From a virus, in the IMG/VR virus record IMGVR_UViG_3300029887_000017: DNA of 64,000 bases. One strand, given 5' to 3'. Shown one piece after another: positions 1 to 10,100 of this stretch (positions are counted from its first letter, which is position 1; the number at the start of each line of letters is the position of its first letter). The translations under genes and the position numbers were made by a program. The notes beneath the pieces were generated by a model. It had not been told where the DNA came from. It did not search any database and saw only the letters and a program-made list of their open reading frames with translations.

Positions 1-2
1 GG

Positions 3-185
3 ATAGAGACAATAAAGGTATACAAAGAAGCAACAGGAGCCAAGAATATAGGCGAGCTTAAAGACATTGCCAGGGCAGTCGGAAAGCTTATCGAAAAGGA
101 CATGGCAGAAAACGGTGTCGGCAGGGAATGCGCAAGACAGAGAGTTTTTGCCCTGATACGGGATAAGCTTGAGAATGCGCATTAA
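3..185 (+). CDS. 3' fragment of hypothetical protein (5' end outside window)
   Basis: open reading frame from window edge to TAA 183-185; no domain recognised. Confidence 0.35.
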   Translation: METIKVYKEATGAKNIGELKDIARAVGKLIEKDMAENGVGRECARQRVFALIRDKLENAH

Positions 186-188
186 TAT

Positions 189-563
189 ATGAAAGGACGT
201 GGTTTTTTGGAAAACGAGAAAAACACACTCGAAAAATACCATGAGATGACAAAGGGTGGGTCGGCAGAACAGCTCGGAGCATTCTACTACCTTATAAGCC
301 ATCTTGATGAAATAATCGAATCGGCCGGAGAAAAGCCTGTTGTAAGCATTGAGGGCAACAGATTCGTAAAATGTAGCGAATGCGGCGCGATAGACGAAAG
401 GGAGTATTTTGCATCGTATGGCGGCAAGGGGCATGTCAACTACGGACTGTGCAACAACTGCGCTCATGGCAAAAGACATAAGGAAGTCATGTCGAAGCAT
501 TTAAGACAGGTCAAAGAGGAAAACGACCGGATCAGGAAAGAAAGGTTCAAGATTATAAAATAA
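189..563 (+). CDS. zinc-ribbon hypothetical protein (124 aa)
   Basis: ORF with CxxC..CxxC pairs (CSECG, CNNCAHG); weak RBS. Confidence 0.5.
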   Translation: MKGRGFLENEKNTLEKYHEMTKGGSAEQLGAFYYLISHLDEIIESAGEKPVVSIEGNRFVKCSECGAIDEREYFASYGGKGHVNYGLCNNCAHGKRHKEVMSKHLRQVKEENDRIRKERFKIIK

Positions 564-807
564 GAAGATACAAAAATAAGGAGAAGCGCGCCATCAGGGC
601 ATAAGATACACAATTTGAAGGAAGTAATAGGATTAATAAGAGATATTGACTGGGGATATGCCATAGGCTGGCTGACGATGTTTATTATATACGCAGGCAG
701 GGTGTGGGATGTGGAAAGAAAAAGTTAATACAGGAAAACCAGCTTATTTATATGGAAAGATATAGCTTAAAATGCATTCTGACATACTTTATACAGGAGG
801 AAGCAAC

Positions 808-1404
808 ATGATATACGAAAGCGAGTATGCGTGGGCTGTAATCAGTCCGGATCTGATAAAAGAAATGCAGTGTCAAAACATGCATCTGACAGATGTGGAC
901 AGAAACTGTGTTATTGATTCCATCGGATACGCAAAAGAAAAATTAAATTTTAAAGCAGATGATGAGCCCGACAGGGACAGTCTGAGAGATGTGGTCGCGA
1001 TTGCGGCGGAAAATACGGCTGTCAAGAAGCTTTGTTTCATGCTTGAAAATGCCGCGCGGTTCATAACGCAGGATGAAAAGAGAGCGTTAGAGTGGGCGTC
1101 GAGGCGCCTGGCTTTTTATGAAGACAGCGGATTATGGCAAAACTTCGGGCGGCAGCTCAACTGGAACCGGCTTGTAACGTATTCTCCGGCACTTGCGGCA
1201 ATCATCATGCAGGTATATACAAAAGCGACAGCGATTGCAGCAGAACTTGCGAGACAGGAGCTGGCGGAAGCAGATTTATGCAGAAGATGCACAGATGTAG
1301 ACAAGGATACGCATAGGAGTGCATCAGGACTTCGAGGATGCGAGCCGTACTGTCAGAAAATAGTTGATTTGAGAATAGATTTTGAGAGCATGGACGTCTT
1401 TTAG
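808..1404 (+). CDS. hypothetical protein (198 aa)
   Basis: start moved to ATG 808 behind caggaggaagcaacATG RBS. Confidence 0.55.
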   Translation: MIYESEYAWAVISPDLIKEMQCQNMHLTDVDRNCVIDSIGYAKEKLNFKADDEPDRDSLRDVVAIAAENTAVKKLCFMLENAARFITQDEKRALEWASRRLAFYEDSGLWQNFGRQLNWNRLVTYSPALAAIIMQVYTKATAIAAELARQELAEADLCRRCTDVDKDTHRSASGLRGCEPYCQKIVDLRIDFESMDVF

Positions 1405-1476
1405 GAGAAGAGAAGGATGCCTTGCAATGTTTGCAGATGAGCAGGAATAGGACACACGAGAAAGGAGACATTATAT

Positions 1477-1860
1477 ATGAGCAATGAAAGAACAGAGGAT
1501 ATGAGATTAGACGATATATTTGAGAAAGGAAAGATCGCGCTTTTTAAGCTTCTTGATGAGGTTTCCGGCGAGAAGAATACAGGATGCATAATGATTTATG
1601 CAGGAAAAATCCGCTTTAAAACTGCATCCGGAAGCAGAGATGAAAGACGCACGAAGGATGTCTTTAAATCAATGGACGGCGATGATTTTGTAAGAGAGTT
1701 TGTGCGGAAGATAATGCGAATGGATGCAGACAAGGAAGCTTACGCTGTATGTAAGCGCACGATTGCGTACCGGAATAGGCTGTATCAGGCAGCTGCAATA
1801 AATGAAAGATTTACAGCCGAGGAGAGACCTATGCTTCAGATCAGGATACTTATGGCATAA
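1477..1860 (+). CDS. hypothetical protein (127 aa)
   Basis: ORF with gaaaggagac RBS. Confidence 0.55.
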   Translation: MSNERTEDMRLDDIFEKGKIALFKLLDEVSGEKNTGCIMIYAGKIRFKTASGSRDERRTKDVFKSMDGDDFVREFVRKIMRMDADKEAYAVCKRTIAYRNRLYQAAAINERFTAEERPMLQIRILMA

Positions 1861-1920
1861 GAATGGTTGTATACAAGCGGAATGCAGTGTATAATTAACG
1901 AAAGCTGAATTTTTATAAAA

Positions 1921-1949
1921 CGTGAGCCCGGTTTCCCGGGCTCTTTTCA
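1921..1949 (+). terminator. intrinsic terminator
   Basis: GAGCCCGG-ttt-CCGGGCTC hairpin followed by T-run. Confidence 0.6.
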
Positions 1950-2144
1950 TATGGAAAGCAATATTCGGCAGATAAATCTATCATACTTATAATGTCCGGG
2001 AATACCGGACAGACCTTTCAAGCTTATGTGGCTTGTACAACTTTGTTACAAAAAATTTGTTTTCGCAGAACAGGACCGGAAGGAGCGCCGGTTCTGTTTT
2101 GTTGTACAGGAAAAGGGGCTGCTTGCATGCAGCTTTTTTCATAT

Positions 2145-2196
2145 GGAAAAATCATTCATTTTGTTAAATTCTGACATACTTTCCATATAAAAAGAA
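2145..2196 (+). promoter_or_regulatory. conserved palindromic promoter cassette (TTTTCATATGGAAA..CTGACATACT..TTCCATATAAAAAG)
   Basis: member of >40-copy motif family placed ~45 nt upstream of start codon. Confidence 0.5.
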
Positions 2197-2210
2197 GAAA
2201 GGAGAACAAA

Positions 2211-2522
2211 ATGAATATTGAAGAAACAAGGAGGAGCAAAGCTGCAAGATGCCGTGTCGATTTAAGGCAGATGTTTGACAAAGGGCGCTGCCGCCTTAAA
2301 TTTGGAGGCTGCATCAGGTATACAAAAGAAAATGGTGCTGATAGTTACGCTTTGTACAGGGATGACGATGCTGACGGCCTGCTGATAAGAGACGGCGAAC
2401 TGCTGGAGTTTGGCGGGTGGAAGACCACGGAGAATGGAACCGTATACACAGTTGGCACATCAGAAAGTGGAAAGCAGATTTATCTTACAGAAAATGAATA
2501 TGGCATGTTAATGCCATGCTAA
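2211..2522 (+). CDS. hypothetical protein (103 aa)
   Basis: ORF behind promoter cassette and aaggagaacaaaATG RBS. Confidence 0.6.
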   Translation: MNIEETRRSKAARCRVDLRQMFDKGRCRLKFGGCIRYTKENGADSYALYRDDDADGLLIRDGELLEFGGWKTTENGTVYTVGTSESGKQIYLTENEYGMLMPC

Positions 2523-2538
2523 AGAAAGGGTAAAAAAT

Positions 2539-3153
2539 ATGGATGATTTGAATATTAAAATCAATGATGATATTTCAAAAGATTTACTGAATATGAATCT
2601 AACGGATATGTTTTGTAAACACGTCATTAGACGCAATCCTGATGGTATACAGATTAAAGCAGGTAAATTATACATAGAATCTTGCAAAATTGGTTATAAA
2701 GTATGCAATTGGGGATTACATGTAGGACATGCCAGTGATATTCAATATCACATCAATTCTATCGTGCAGATGGAAAGGGATGGATATAATCCTGCAATCA
2801 GAGTTGTAATTTGCAAATATGATTTTTGCGATACACCTATTGTTTGGATAGATAATTTACACTCAGCTATTAAGTACATTAGAGAATATGGTAAAAATGT
2901 TAAATTAGGAGATATACCATTCTATGTAGTGGATATATCTGATTATGACCATCCATCCATTCATGGATATAATGGTTCTTTAAGAGAACGTTATGAGGAT
3001 ATTTTAGGAGCTGTATCATGTGCTTATAAAAGATTTAGAAGGTCTAATTCCAAAAAACTGATTGAAATCGGCTACACAGTGAAAGACTTTTTATATGACA
3101 ATCCTATGCTTTATACCGAACTGAATACACACTTGGATTTGATTAATAGATAA
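2539..3153 (+). CDS. hypothetical protein (204 aa)
   Basis: ORF, no recognisable domain. Confidence 0.55.
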   Translation: MDDLNIKINDDISKDLLNMNLTDMFCKHVIRRNPDGIQIKAGKLYIESCKIGYKVCNWGLHVGHASDIQYHINSIVQMERDGYNPAIRVVICKYDFCDTPIVWIDNLHSAIKYIREYGKNVKLGDIPFYVVDISDYDHPSIHGYNGSLRERYEDILGAVSCAYKRFRRSNSKKLIEIGYTVKDFLYDNPMLYTELNTHLDLINR

Positions 3154-3231
3154 AAATATTTATATGAGCAAAATAACGACGGGATGGTCCTGATGTTTGA
3201 AAGAGAAGAATAAGAGAATGGAGGAACAAAA

Positions 3232-3816
3232 ATGGAATATGTTTTGACTGAACCAGGCAGACAGAAAATTGCTGATTACATATTACAATGTGCAGCAAAG
3301 AGAAAGGAAATTCTGGATGCCGGGATTGATACAGCAGACGCAACAAAGCTGCCGACAGAAAAAGATATTCTGTCAGACTTGAATTACGGTGCCGGGGTTG
3401 ACGAAGACGGTGATTACTACAATTGCTGGGGAGTTACCGACAATTGTAATTCTGACTATCCGCTAGGACTTAAAGCAGGTGAGGATTTCGTAGAAGAAGA
3501 AACTCTGTTAAGAATAACAGAGCTAGAGGCAGCACTTGCCAATGAGGAATACGAGAACGAGGTGGAAGAGTGCTGTCTGGAAATTGAGCTGCAGTTTTTG
3601 CAGGGCAATAAGAATGCATATGATGAACCTTATGCATTCATAGGCACTGACAACGTGTCGTTCGATGTCATATACGAGGAAGAAAACGACAGGTATTCTG
3701 CTACGCTGTATGACAAGGATGGAAACCCGCAGATGCCGTATCTCAATGATAAGAACTTACATAAGCTTGTGGAACAGATTTTAGAAGATGGAGAAAAAGA
3801 CGATGGCAGAGATTAA
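3232..3816 (+). CDS. acidic hypothetical protein (194 aa)
   Basis: ORF behind aatggaggaacaaaaATG RBS; D/E-rich. Confidence 0.6.
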   Translation: MEYVLTEPGRQKIADYILQCAAKRKEILDAGIDTADATKLPTEKDILSDLNYGAGVDEDGDYYNCWGVTDNCNSDYPLGLKAGEDFVEEETLLRITELEAALANEEYENEVEECCLEIELQFLQGNKNAYDEPYAFIGTDNVSFDVIYEEENDRYSATLYDKDGNPQMPYLNDKNLHKLVEQILEDGEKDDGRD

Positions 3817-3996
3817 GAATATCAATATAAGCCAGTTCGCAGAGCAGTTTCAGAGATGATTTTGCTAAGAAACACAAAAATTTCATCAGCGAATTTGTAA
3901 AATTCAGAGGTGACTTTATTTCGAACGACAGGGAGGCAGCTGCTTTCATGTATGCGCTTGAGGAAGTAGCATAGAAACAAGAAAATATAAGTAAAA

Positions 3997-4029
3997 AGAA
4001 GAGCTGCATGATGCGGCTCTTTTTTTGCG
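3997..4029 (+). terminator. intrinsic terminator
   Basis: GAGCTGC..GCGGCTC hairpin plus TTTTTTT. Confidence 0.55.
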
Positions 4030-4093
4030 TCTAAGCGATGGTTTGTATGTTGAAAAGCGAATGATTTGCGCATGTAGCAACACTGATATTCGT

Positions 4094-4673
4094 ATCTACA
4101 TTAATATGCATCAGTAGACATTTTCCTTACAACTTCAATTCAAAATGATTAAAACAACAATAATATCTACTCCAGTAGACATTTTCCTTGTAGTTTCAAC
4201 ACATTGATGTACGATCTGCTCTTTTAGAATCTACACCAGTAGACATTCTGTTCGCAGTTTTAACATGTATTAGGTCTGGAGCTTTGGTTTCATCTTCATC
4301 AGTAGACATTTCTCTTACAGTTTCAACCAAACAACGAAAGGAGAAACGCATGATGAATCTACCCTAGTAGACATTTTTCCTTCGATATTATCTCCACAAA
4401 ATCTACGCTCGCAGACGTTCTCTCTCTGCAATATTAACATGAAAAATCTTTGCCACATCCTTGCCGGATCTACATCATTTATTCTGAAATGAATTACCGA
4501 AGAAACTCATTGCATCTACCCCAGTAGACATTTCGCCAACAGTTCAAATGAAGACAGCGCTGGACAATATTTCATATCTACCTCAGTAGACGTTTCCCTT
4601 TATGTTCTAACAGTATTGATTGGCGCTAAAGTGTTATATCTACACCAGTAGACATTCCACTTACAGTTTCAAT
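4094..4673 (-). CRISPR. CRISPR array A (type V-A, ~10 degenerate repeat units)
   Basis: units every 44-67 bp; minus-strand reading ends in ..AATGTCTACT-NNN-GTAGAT (Cas12a crRNA handle); distal units (4401, 4468) strongly degenerate. Confidence 0.7.
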
Positions 4674-4800
4674 CCTAACATTGTGCACCTGCACAATGTT
4701 TCACGGTTTAACTGTAATGTTTTTTATATATTGCGTTCTACTTCAAAAAATATTTTTCTCTACAGTATTAATTACGGATAGGACCTGTTTTTTTTTGAAA
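4674..4800 (-). promoter_or_regulatory. CRISPR leader copy 1 with perfect palindrome AACATTGTGCACCTGCACAATGTT (4677-4700)
   Basis: sequence CCTAACATTGTGCACCTGCACAA..TTTCACGG shared with 6195-6265 and 7028-7154, always on the promoter-proximal side of an array. Confidence 0.6.
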
Positions 4801-4807
4801 AACGAAA

Positions 4808-5542
4808 TTATTTGCCCACATACAACGGGAAATTAACTGTTTCTAATATATTTTTATATTTATCTCCATCCGTGTATAACGCAAATGTAGCATCTTTCCC
4901 ATTTTCATATTCTTCCCTTATAGTTGTAAGCGAAACTTCATCTTTATATTTTGCTACATCAAAAGGAGAACAATTGGTATCATACTTATTAAGATATGAA
5001 AGCATATCATCATCAATTATAATCGGACTATCAAACACTTTCTCAAAAGCTTTGCATAATGAATATAATTCTTCTTGAGAGAACGTTATGTAACATGTGG
5101 AAAAGAAAAACTCAAACAAAGATGGTTTATTAGTAACTCCATAACGCAGATTATCCAAAATTAATTTAATATAATCTTCTTTAGAAGATATAATATTTTT
5201 ATCCAAAGCATATTTAATCTCGTCCGCGGTAAGCGGAAGGTAGGTGTAATTATATACGGCCTTAATTTTATGTATAGTAAGCGGAATAAACGCTACTATA
5301 TTTATAATTAATACTATTGTACATAATGCAAGGACCAATACAATTGGGAAGGCTGCTGCTGCAACTAATCCGTTTATTATATCACTGCTACCTCCCATAA
5401 AATTAAATATTCCAGCTCTTCCTAATAATATAAACACAATCATATAAATTATAATAGAAGTTATTAAAATAGTTCCAAGGAATTCATTAACTAATGTACT
5501 CCAAAACGATTTTTTCTTATTCATGTTTTTAAGTTTATTCAT
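4808..5542 (-). CDS. membrane protein (2 N-terminal TM helices + ~170 aa cytoplasmic domain), nested between CRISPR arrays
   Basis: 244-aa ORF, AAGGAGG RBS 5545-5551 (minus) derived from a repeat remnant; same strand as cas12a and arrays. Confidence 0.7.
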   Translation of the reverse strand: MNKLKNMNKKKSFWSTLVNEFLGTILITSIIIYMIVFILLGRAGIFNFMGGSSDIINGLVAAAAFPIVLVLALCTIVLIINIVAFIPLTIHKIKAVYNYTYLPLTADEIKYALDKNIISSKEDYIKLILDNLRYGVTNKPSLFEFFFSTCYITFSQEELYSLCKAFEKVFDSPIIIDDDMLSYLNKYDTNCSPFDVAKYKDEVSLTTIREEYENGKDATFALYTDGDKYKNILETVNFPLYVGK

Positions 5543-5587
5543 ACCTCCTTACAGTTTCAAGTAAATATTGCTACCCGTGATCTACAC

Positions 5588-6194
5588 GTCTACCTCAGTA
5601 GACATTTTCTTTACAATTTCAACAAATAAAAATCATACTCTCTGTGAACAAATCTACCTCAGTAGACATTTCGCTCACAGTTTCAACATGCAAATGCTTG
5701 AGCTACATATGCAAATCTACTTTAGTAGACATTCCGCTCGCAGCTCCAACATAATTATTCAAATGGTTCATATACTGACAATCTACATAAGTAGACATTC
5801 TACTCATAGTTTAAATGATTCCACATTTACTTGATTCTTAATCTATATCAGTAGACATTCCGCTTACAGTTTCAAACAGTCTTTCAATCTCTGAGCCTAG
5901 TGCTATATCTACCTCAGTAGACATTTTTATTACAGTTTCAACATGTTTGTGGGCATTCGACAGAAAGTGATCTACGCAAGTAGACATTCCGCTTACAGTT
6001 TTAACATAGGAAAGGAAGGTATTCAAAATGATATCTACACCAGTAGACATTTTCCTTACAGCTTCAACACGCAAAGAACCATTCGTCTGCAACTCATCTA
6101 CACCAGTAGACATTCCGCTTACAGTATCAACCAAACATGAAGAATAGATGGTTAAAGGATCTACCTTAGTAGACATTCTGCTCACAGTATCAAT
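5588..6194 (-). CRISPR. CRISPR array B1 (10 repeat units, 36 nt, spacers 24-30 nt)
   Basis: units at 5588, 5652, 5715, 5781, 5841, 5907, 5970, 6033, 6096, 6159; partial repeat remnant 5551-5587. Confidence 0.8.
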
Positions 6195-6265
6195 CCTAAC
6201 ATTACGCACTTGTGCAACATTTCACGGCTGAGCTGTAGGCTTTTTATCATCATCTTATACTGTTG
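6195..6265 (-). promoter_or_regulatory. degenerate CRISPR leader copy between arrays B1 and B2
   Basis: CCTAACATTACGCACTTGTGCAACATTTCACGGCTGAGCTGTAGG resembles leaders at 4674 and 7028. Confidence 0.5.
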
Positions 6266-7027
6266 ATCTGATCTGTTTTAATAGATATTTCGCTAACAGC
6301 TTCAATTGAGTTATCTATATATCTATATCAGTAAATATTTTATTTGGTATGCTGGGAATAATCTACATCAGTAGACATTTTGCCTACAGTTTCAGCTTTA
6401 TTCAAATTAAAAAAATAAGAGAAAATCTACCTCAGTAGACATTTTCTTTATAATTTCAACTCACAGTGTCCATATGATTATCATAGTATCTACGCAAGTA
6501 GACATTCCGTTTACAGTTTCAACCTGAAACTCTTACAAGTCCCATTAATATCTACCCTAGTAGACATTCCGCTTACAGTTTCAACTTTTTGACATATTGC
6601 TGCCTCTGATTTAAATCTACCCTAGTAGACATTCCGCTTACAGTTTCAACATTATTACTGTGATTTTGATATGGAAATCTACCCTAGTAGACATTCCGCT
6701 TACAGTTTCAACAATGACTGTGATATCATCTTGACTATCATCTACCCTAGTAGACATTTCGCTTACAGTTTCGACTAGAGGATGTTTTTTCACCCATTGC
6801 AGATCTACCCCAGTAGACATTCCGCTTACAGTTTCAACCGTAATTGATATGTGTGTTAACGCATGATCTACCTTAGTAGACATTTCGCTCACAGTATCAA
6901 CAAAGTATGCAATCGAGTACATAGATGAAATCTACCTTAGTAGACATTTCGCTCACAGTATCAACAGCGAGCATTGTCATAATATATTTTTATCTACCTT
7001 AGTAGACATTTCGCTCACAGTATCAAC
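6266..7027 (-). CRISPR. CRISPR array B2 (13 units; consensus minus-strand repeat GTTGAAACTGTAAGCGGAATGTCTACTAGGGTAGAT)
   Basis: well-conserved 36-nt repeats at 6361, 6425, 6488, 6550, 6615, 6677, 6740, 6803, 6866, 6930, 6992; degenerate distal units at 6266, 6321; spacers 26-28 nt. Confidence 0.9.
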
Positions 7028-7154
7028 CCTAACATTGTGCACCTGCACAACATTTCACGGCTGAAACTGTAAGTTTTTACGTATTATGCCCTTAATTTGT
7101 TATCTTATACCATTGAACTGCAAGCATTTCTTTTTATTAAAGCTGCGGTCTGCA
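7028..7154 (-). promoter_or_regulatory. CRISPR leader (between cas12a stop and first repeat) with palindrome 7031-7054
   Basis: AT-rich 127 bp; shared leader sequence; candidate -10 CATAAT. Confidence 0.6.
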
Positions 7155-10100
7155 CTAACTATTCGTTTGCTGCCTCTTCTGCATAAAATTGAACCAGTCT
7201 TCATTGCTAAGTCTGCTAAATTTGAACTTCTCGCCCTCGGCCCAATTGTTCTTCACCTGAAGCACATTGTATAGGCCTTTCATCGCAATGCCATATGCAT
7301 CGTTAGCATCTGCTTCGACAGGAAGCGATTTGTCAGCGGCGTCCGTGTCAAAGAACTTTCCTGACGCGTTTAATATCGGAGATACAAACTTATCATATTC
7401 TCTGTCTTTCGATTCACATAAGCTGTTTCTCATCTGCACTGTGAGTTTGAACATCTCAAATATGTGAGAGGAGAGTGCATAGTCAATAATTTCCTGTTTG
7501 ATGTCATGACCATCTGCCCAGTTTATATCTGTGGCGGCAAGAGTTTTCTTGATTTCCTCTGTTATGTCGATAACGACTTCGCTAACGAACTTTCTGTTTT
7601 GGAACGTCTTTTTAACTCTGGTGCCGTAAGTGTATGCACACCATTTTGTTTTTGCACAGGTCTCGTATATCTCAAAATTGTCGTAATCAAACTCAAATGC
7701 AAACAGGTCTTTCTCGGCATCATATCTGATGCAGTCAAATCTGCCAATGAAATCCGTCATGGCTTTTTCAGATGATATATCCTTGAACTTGAATAAGGTT
7801 ACAAATCCTGTTGTCGGATCAACTCTTGATGTATATGCGGCTGGCACATAGAGAATGCATCCACACTGGCTTCCGACATTTTTAAGGCTTTCCGGAATGT
7901 ATGTAAGCTGATAACCATTGGCAATTCCGCCTGCTTCCAGAGGTTTTCTGTCCTTGAATGTCAGATAGTTGAGAGTCTTAATGAGGCTTGTCTCAAACTG
8001 CTGGTAAACCCCGCGCTCAATCTTTGAACGCTTTTCCTTAAACCTGCTGTTTAAGTCTTCCATGACAACAATACCATTGTATTTTATTACAAGCTCGGCA
8101 ACTTCATGAACTGCCTGTGACAAATAGCCTTTCTTTAAGTCAGCTATTTTTACACCCTGTTTCCAGTTCTGCCTTGCCAGTTTTCTCATGATTTCAACCT
8201 GCTTGAGCTTTGCCTGATAGTCCACATTGTTAATGATGTTAAGGGATTTCTGCTCAACAATGTTTCCGTCAGTATCAATTACTGATACATACAGCAAATT
8301 TCTCTCCCCACGGTCAATTCCAATGATGTAAGTGTCCTTTGTCTGAGCAATATACTTAAGAGCCATTTCGTTTACATTTACACGTCTGTTTTCCGCCTTG
8401 TAGTTTAGTGACACCGGCATGTTGATAAAGAACTCATCCTCTGTATATCTGCGGTCTTTTATGATGTCATAAGGGGCAGTGCGGTGGTCTACAATATCCT
8501 TGTACTTAAGCGCCTCTGCTGAAAGAGGTGTTCCTGAATTGTTGTAGTAGCCGTAAAGCTCCATGTAAACATCATCAGGCACGCATTTTCTGACGGTAAT
8601 AATGTTTCCATTTTCATCCATTTCCTGTGCGTTGTAGGTTTTACTGACAAGAATGGAACCTTTCTTGTGAACGACAGGAGTTTTTATGCTCTTTGGCCTG
8701 AAGAATACTTCCGTGCCGCCGCATAACTTGATAACAGGATCTGCAACATTTTCATCACTGAATAAACTGCGTAGAATAGCAGTGTGCTTACTTGGTTTTC
8801 CGAAGCTCTTTTCTGAAAAGTCTTTATTGTATATCTGAAACAGATACAGCTGGCCATTTTCCTGCAGACTGTCAATATCATCACTTCCAATGTATGTCCA
8901 GTTCATGTAATATCCCTGTTCGGCAACTTCCTTGTAGAACTCACCAATGTCATTGTAACTTTCGGTATCTGAGAACTTAAAATTAAAGCAGTCCCAGTCA
9001 GTATACAGTGCGAGACAGTGCTTAAAGTAATCAATCAGTTTGTGACAGTAGTCTATGTCAAAGTTTTTTGACGTCTTAAGATGTCTGCCTTTCTTGTAAT
9101 CAGAAAGCAGCTCATCTGTCAGTCCGTAAACCGGTACAGCCTTGCTTGAGCTTATAAACATGTGAGGCAGCATCTTGTTAGGTCCGGTTAAAAGAGAGTA
9201 GACCATTTTCTTGTAATCACCGTCCTGTATCGTATCATGTCCTTTGATAATACTTTTTGCAGGTTTGTTTTTGGCATTGAACACTCCAAGATAAAATTTG
9301 TCATCTTTTGCAAGAAGAATGGCATTGTTGGTGAATTCCTTGCTTTCACTCCAACCTGATGCAAATGAAGACGTGCCAAAATACAATCCGAACTTGTCTG
9401 TGTTGTACGGTTTCTTGGTTACGTAATTTCTTGTACGGTTGTATAAGGATACAATAGAATGGATCTCATCGTTTATATCCTCAAGTTCTGTGTAAAAATC
9501 CGTATCCTTGTCAACAGGCTCATCTGTCTTGAACTTTGCACACCAGCGAAAGATGTCCATAAACGGTTCAATTGCTTCCTTAAGAACAGCGATTTCAGTC
9601 TCATTTTCTGCGAGCGGAATGCCGGAATTCATAGTTAACGGATTTGCTTTGTAATCAGCGACAATATCTGAAATGCTTCTTATAAGCGACCTTGTGCTTG
9701 CAGCTTTGTCCGGACATAAGTTATACTTATCAACAAGTTTATCAATTTCACCAAGGCTTATTAATTCAGTGTTTTTAGCCATGGATGCAGCCTTTTTCTC
9801 TTTGGTCTTGCCTTTGCCCGGGAGAGTGTCAATGTAACTCATGGTAAGAGCAGTATTGATTACACTGAAATCCCTGTACAGTGTCTGGGATATATTTGTA
9901 AAGTGCTTCTTTGAAATGTATATCTTATCAAGGTCATAGCTATCAGCATTCTTACCGAGCATCTGCAGTCTTTCAATAACAGATTTGGTTCTGACATTGT
10001 TAAGAAAATCATTAACGGCAGCATATACATCTTCATCGCAATTGAATTTTGCAGGTACATCATACAGTGATTCTTCGATGCAGAGTATCTGCTTGTGAAG

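Noticed and set aside
3822-4073. 83- and 88-aa minus-strand ORFs between gene 3232-3816 and array A
   Set aside because: Overlap a terminator and the distal degenerate repeat; no RBS.
6006-6032. Spacer ATAGGAAAGGAAGGTATTCAAAATGAT partially matching the RBS/start of the repeat-borne small ORF (15957-15980)
   Set aside because: Similarity is confined to generic RBS-plus-ATG composition (11 contiguous nt then scattered matches); likely chance.
5568-6922. ORFs 5568-5834 (+), 5838-6209 (-), 5943-6140 (+) and 6638-6922 (-) with repetitive peptides such as TVSGMSTGVD
   Set aside because: They are translations of the CRISPR repeats (periodic 36-nt repeat gives periodic peptide); not genes.
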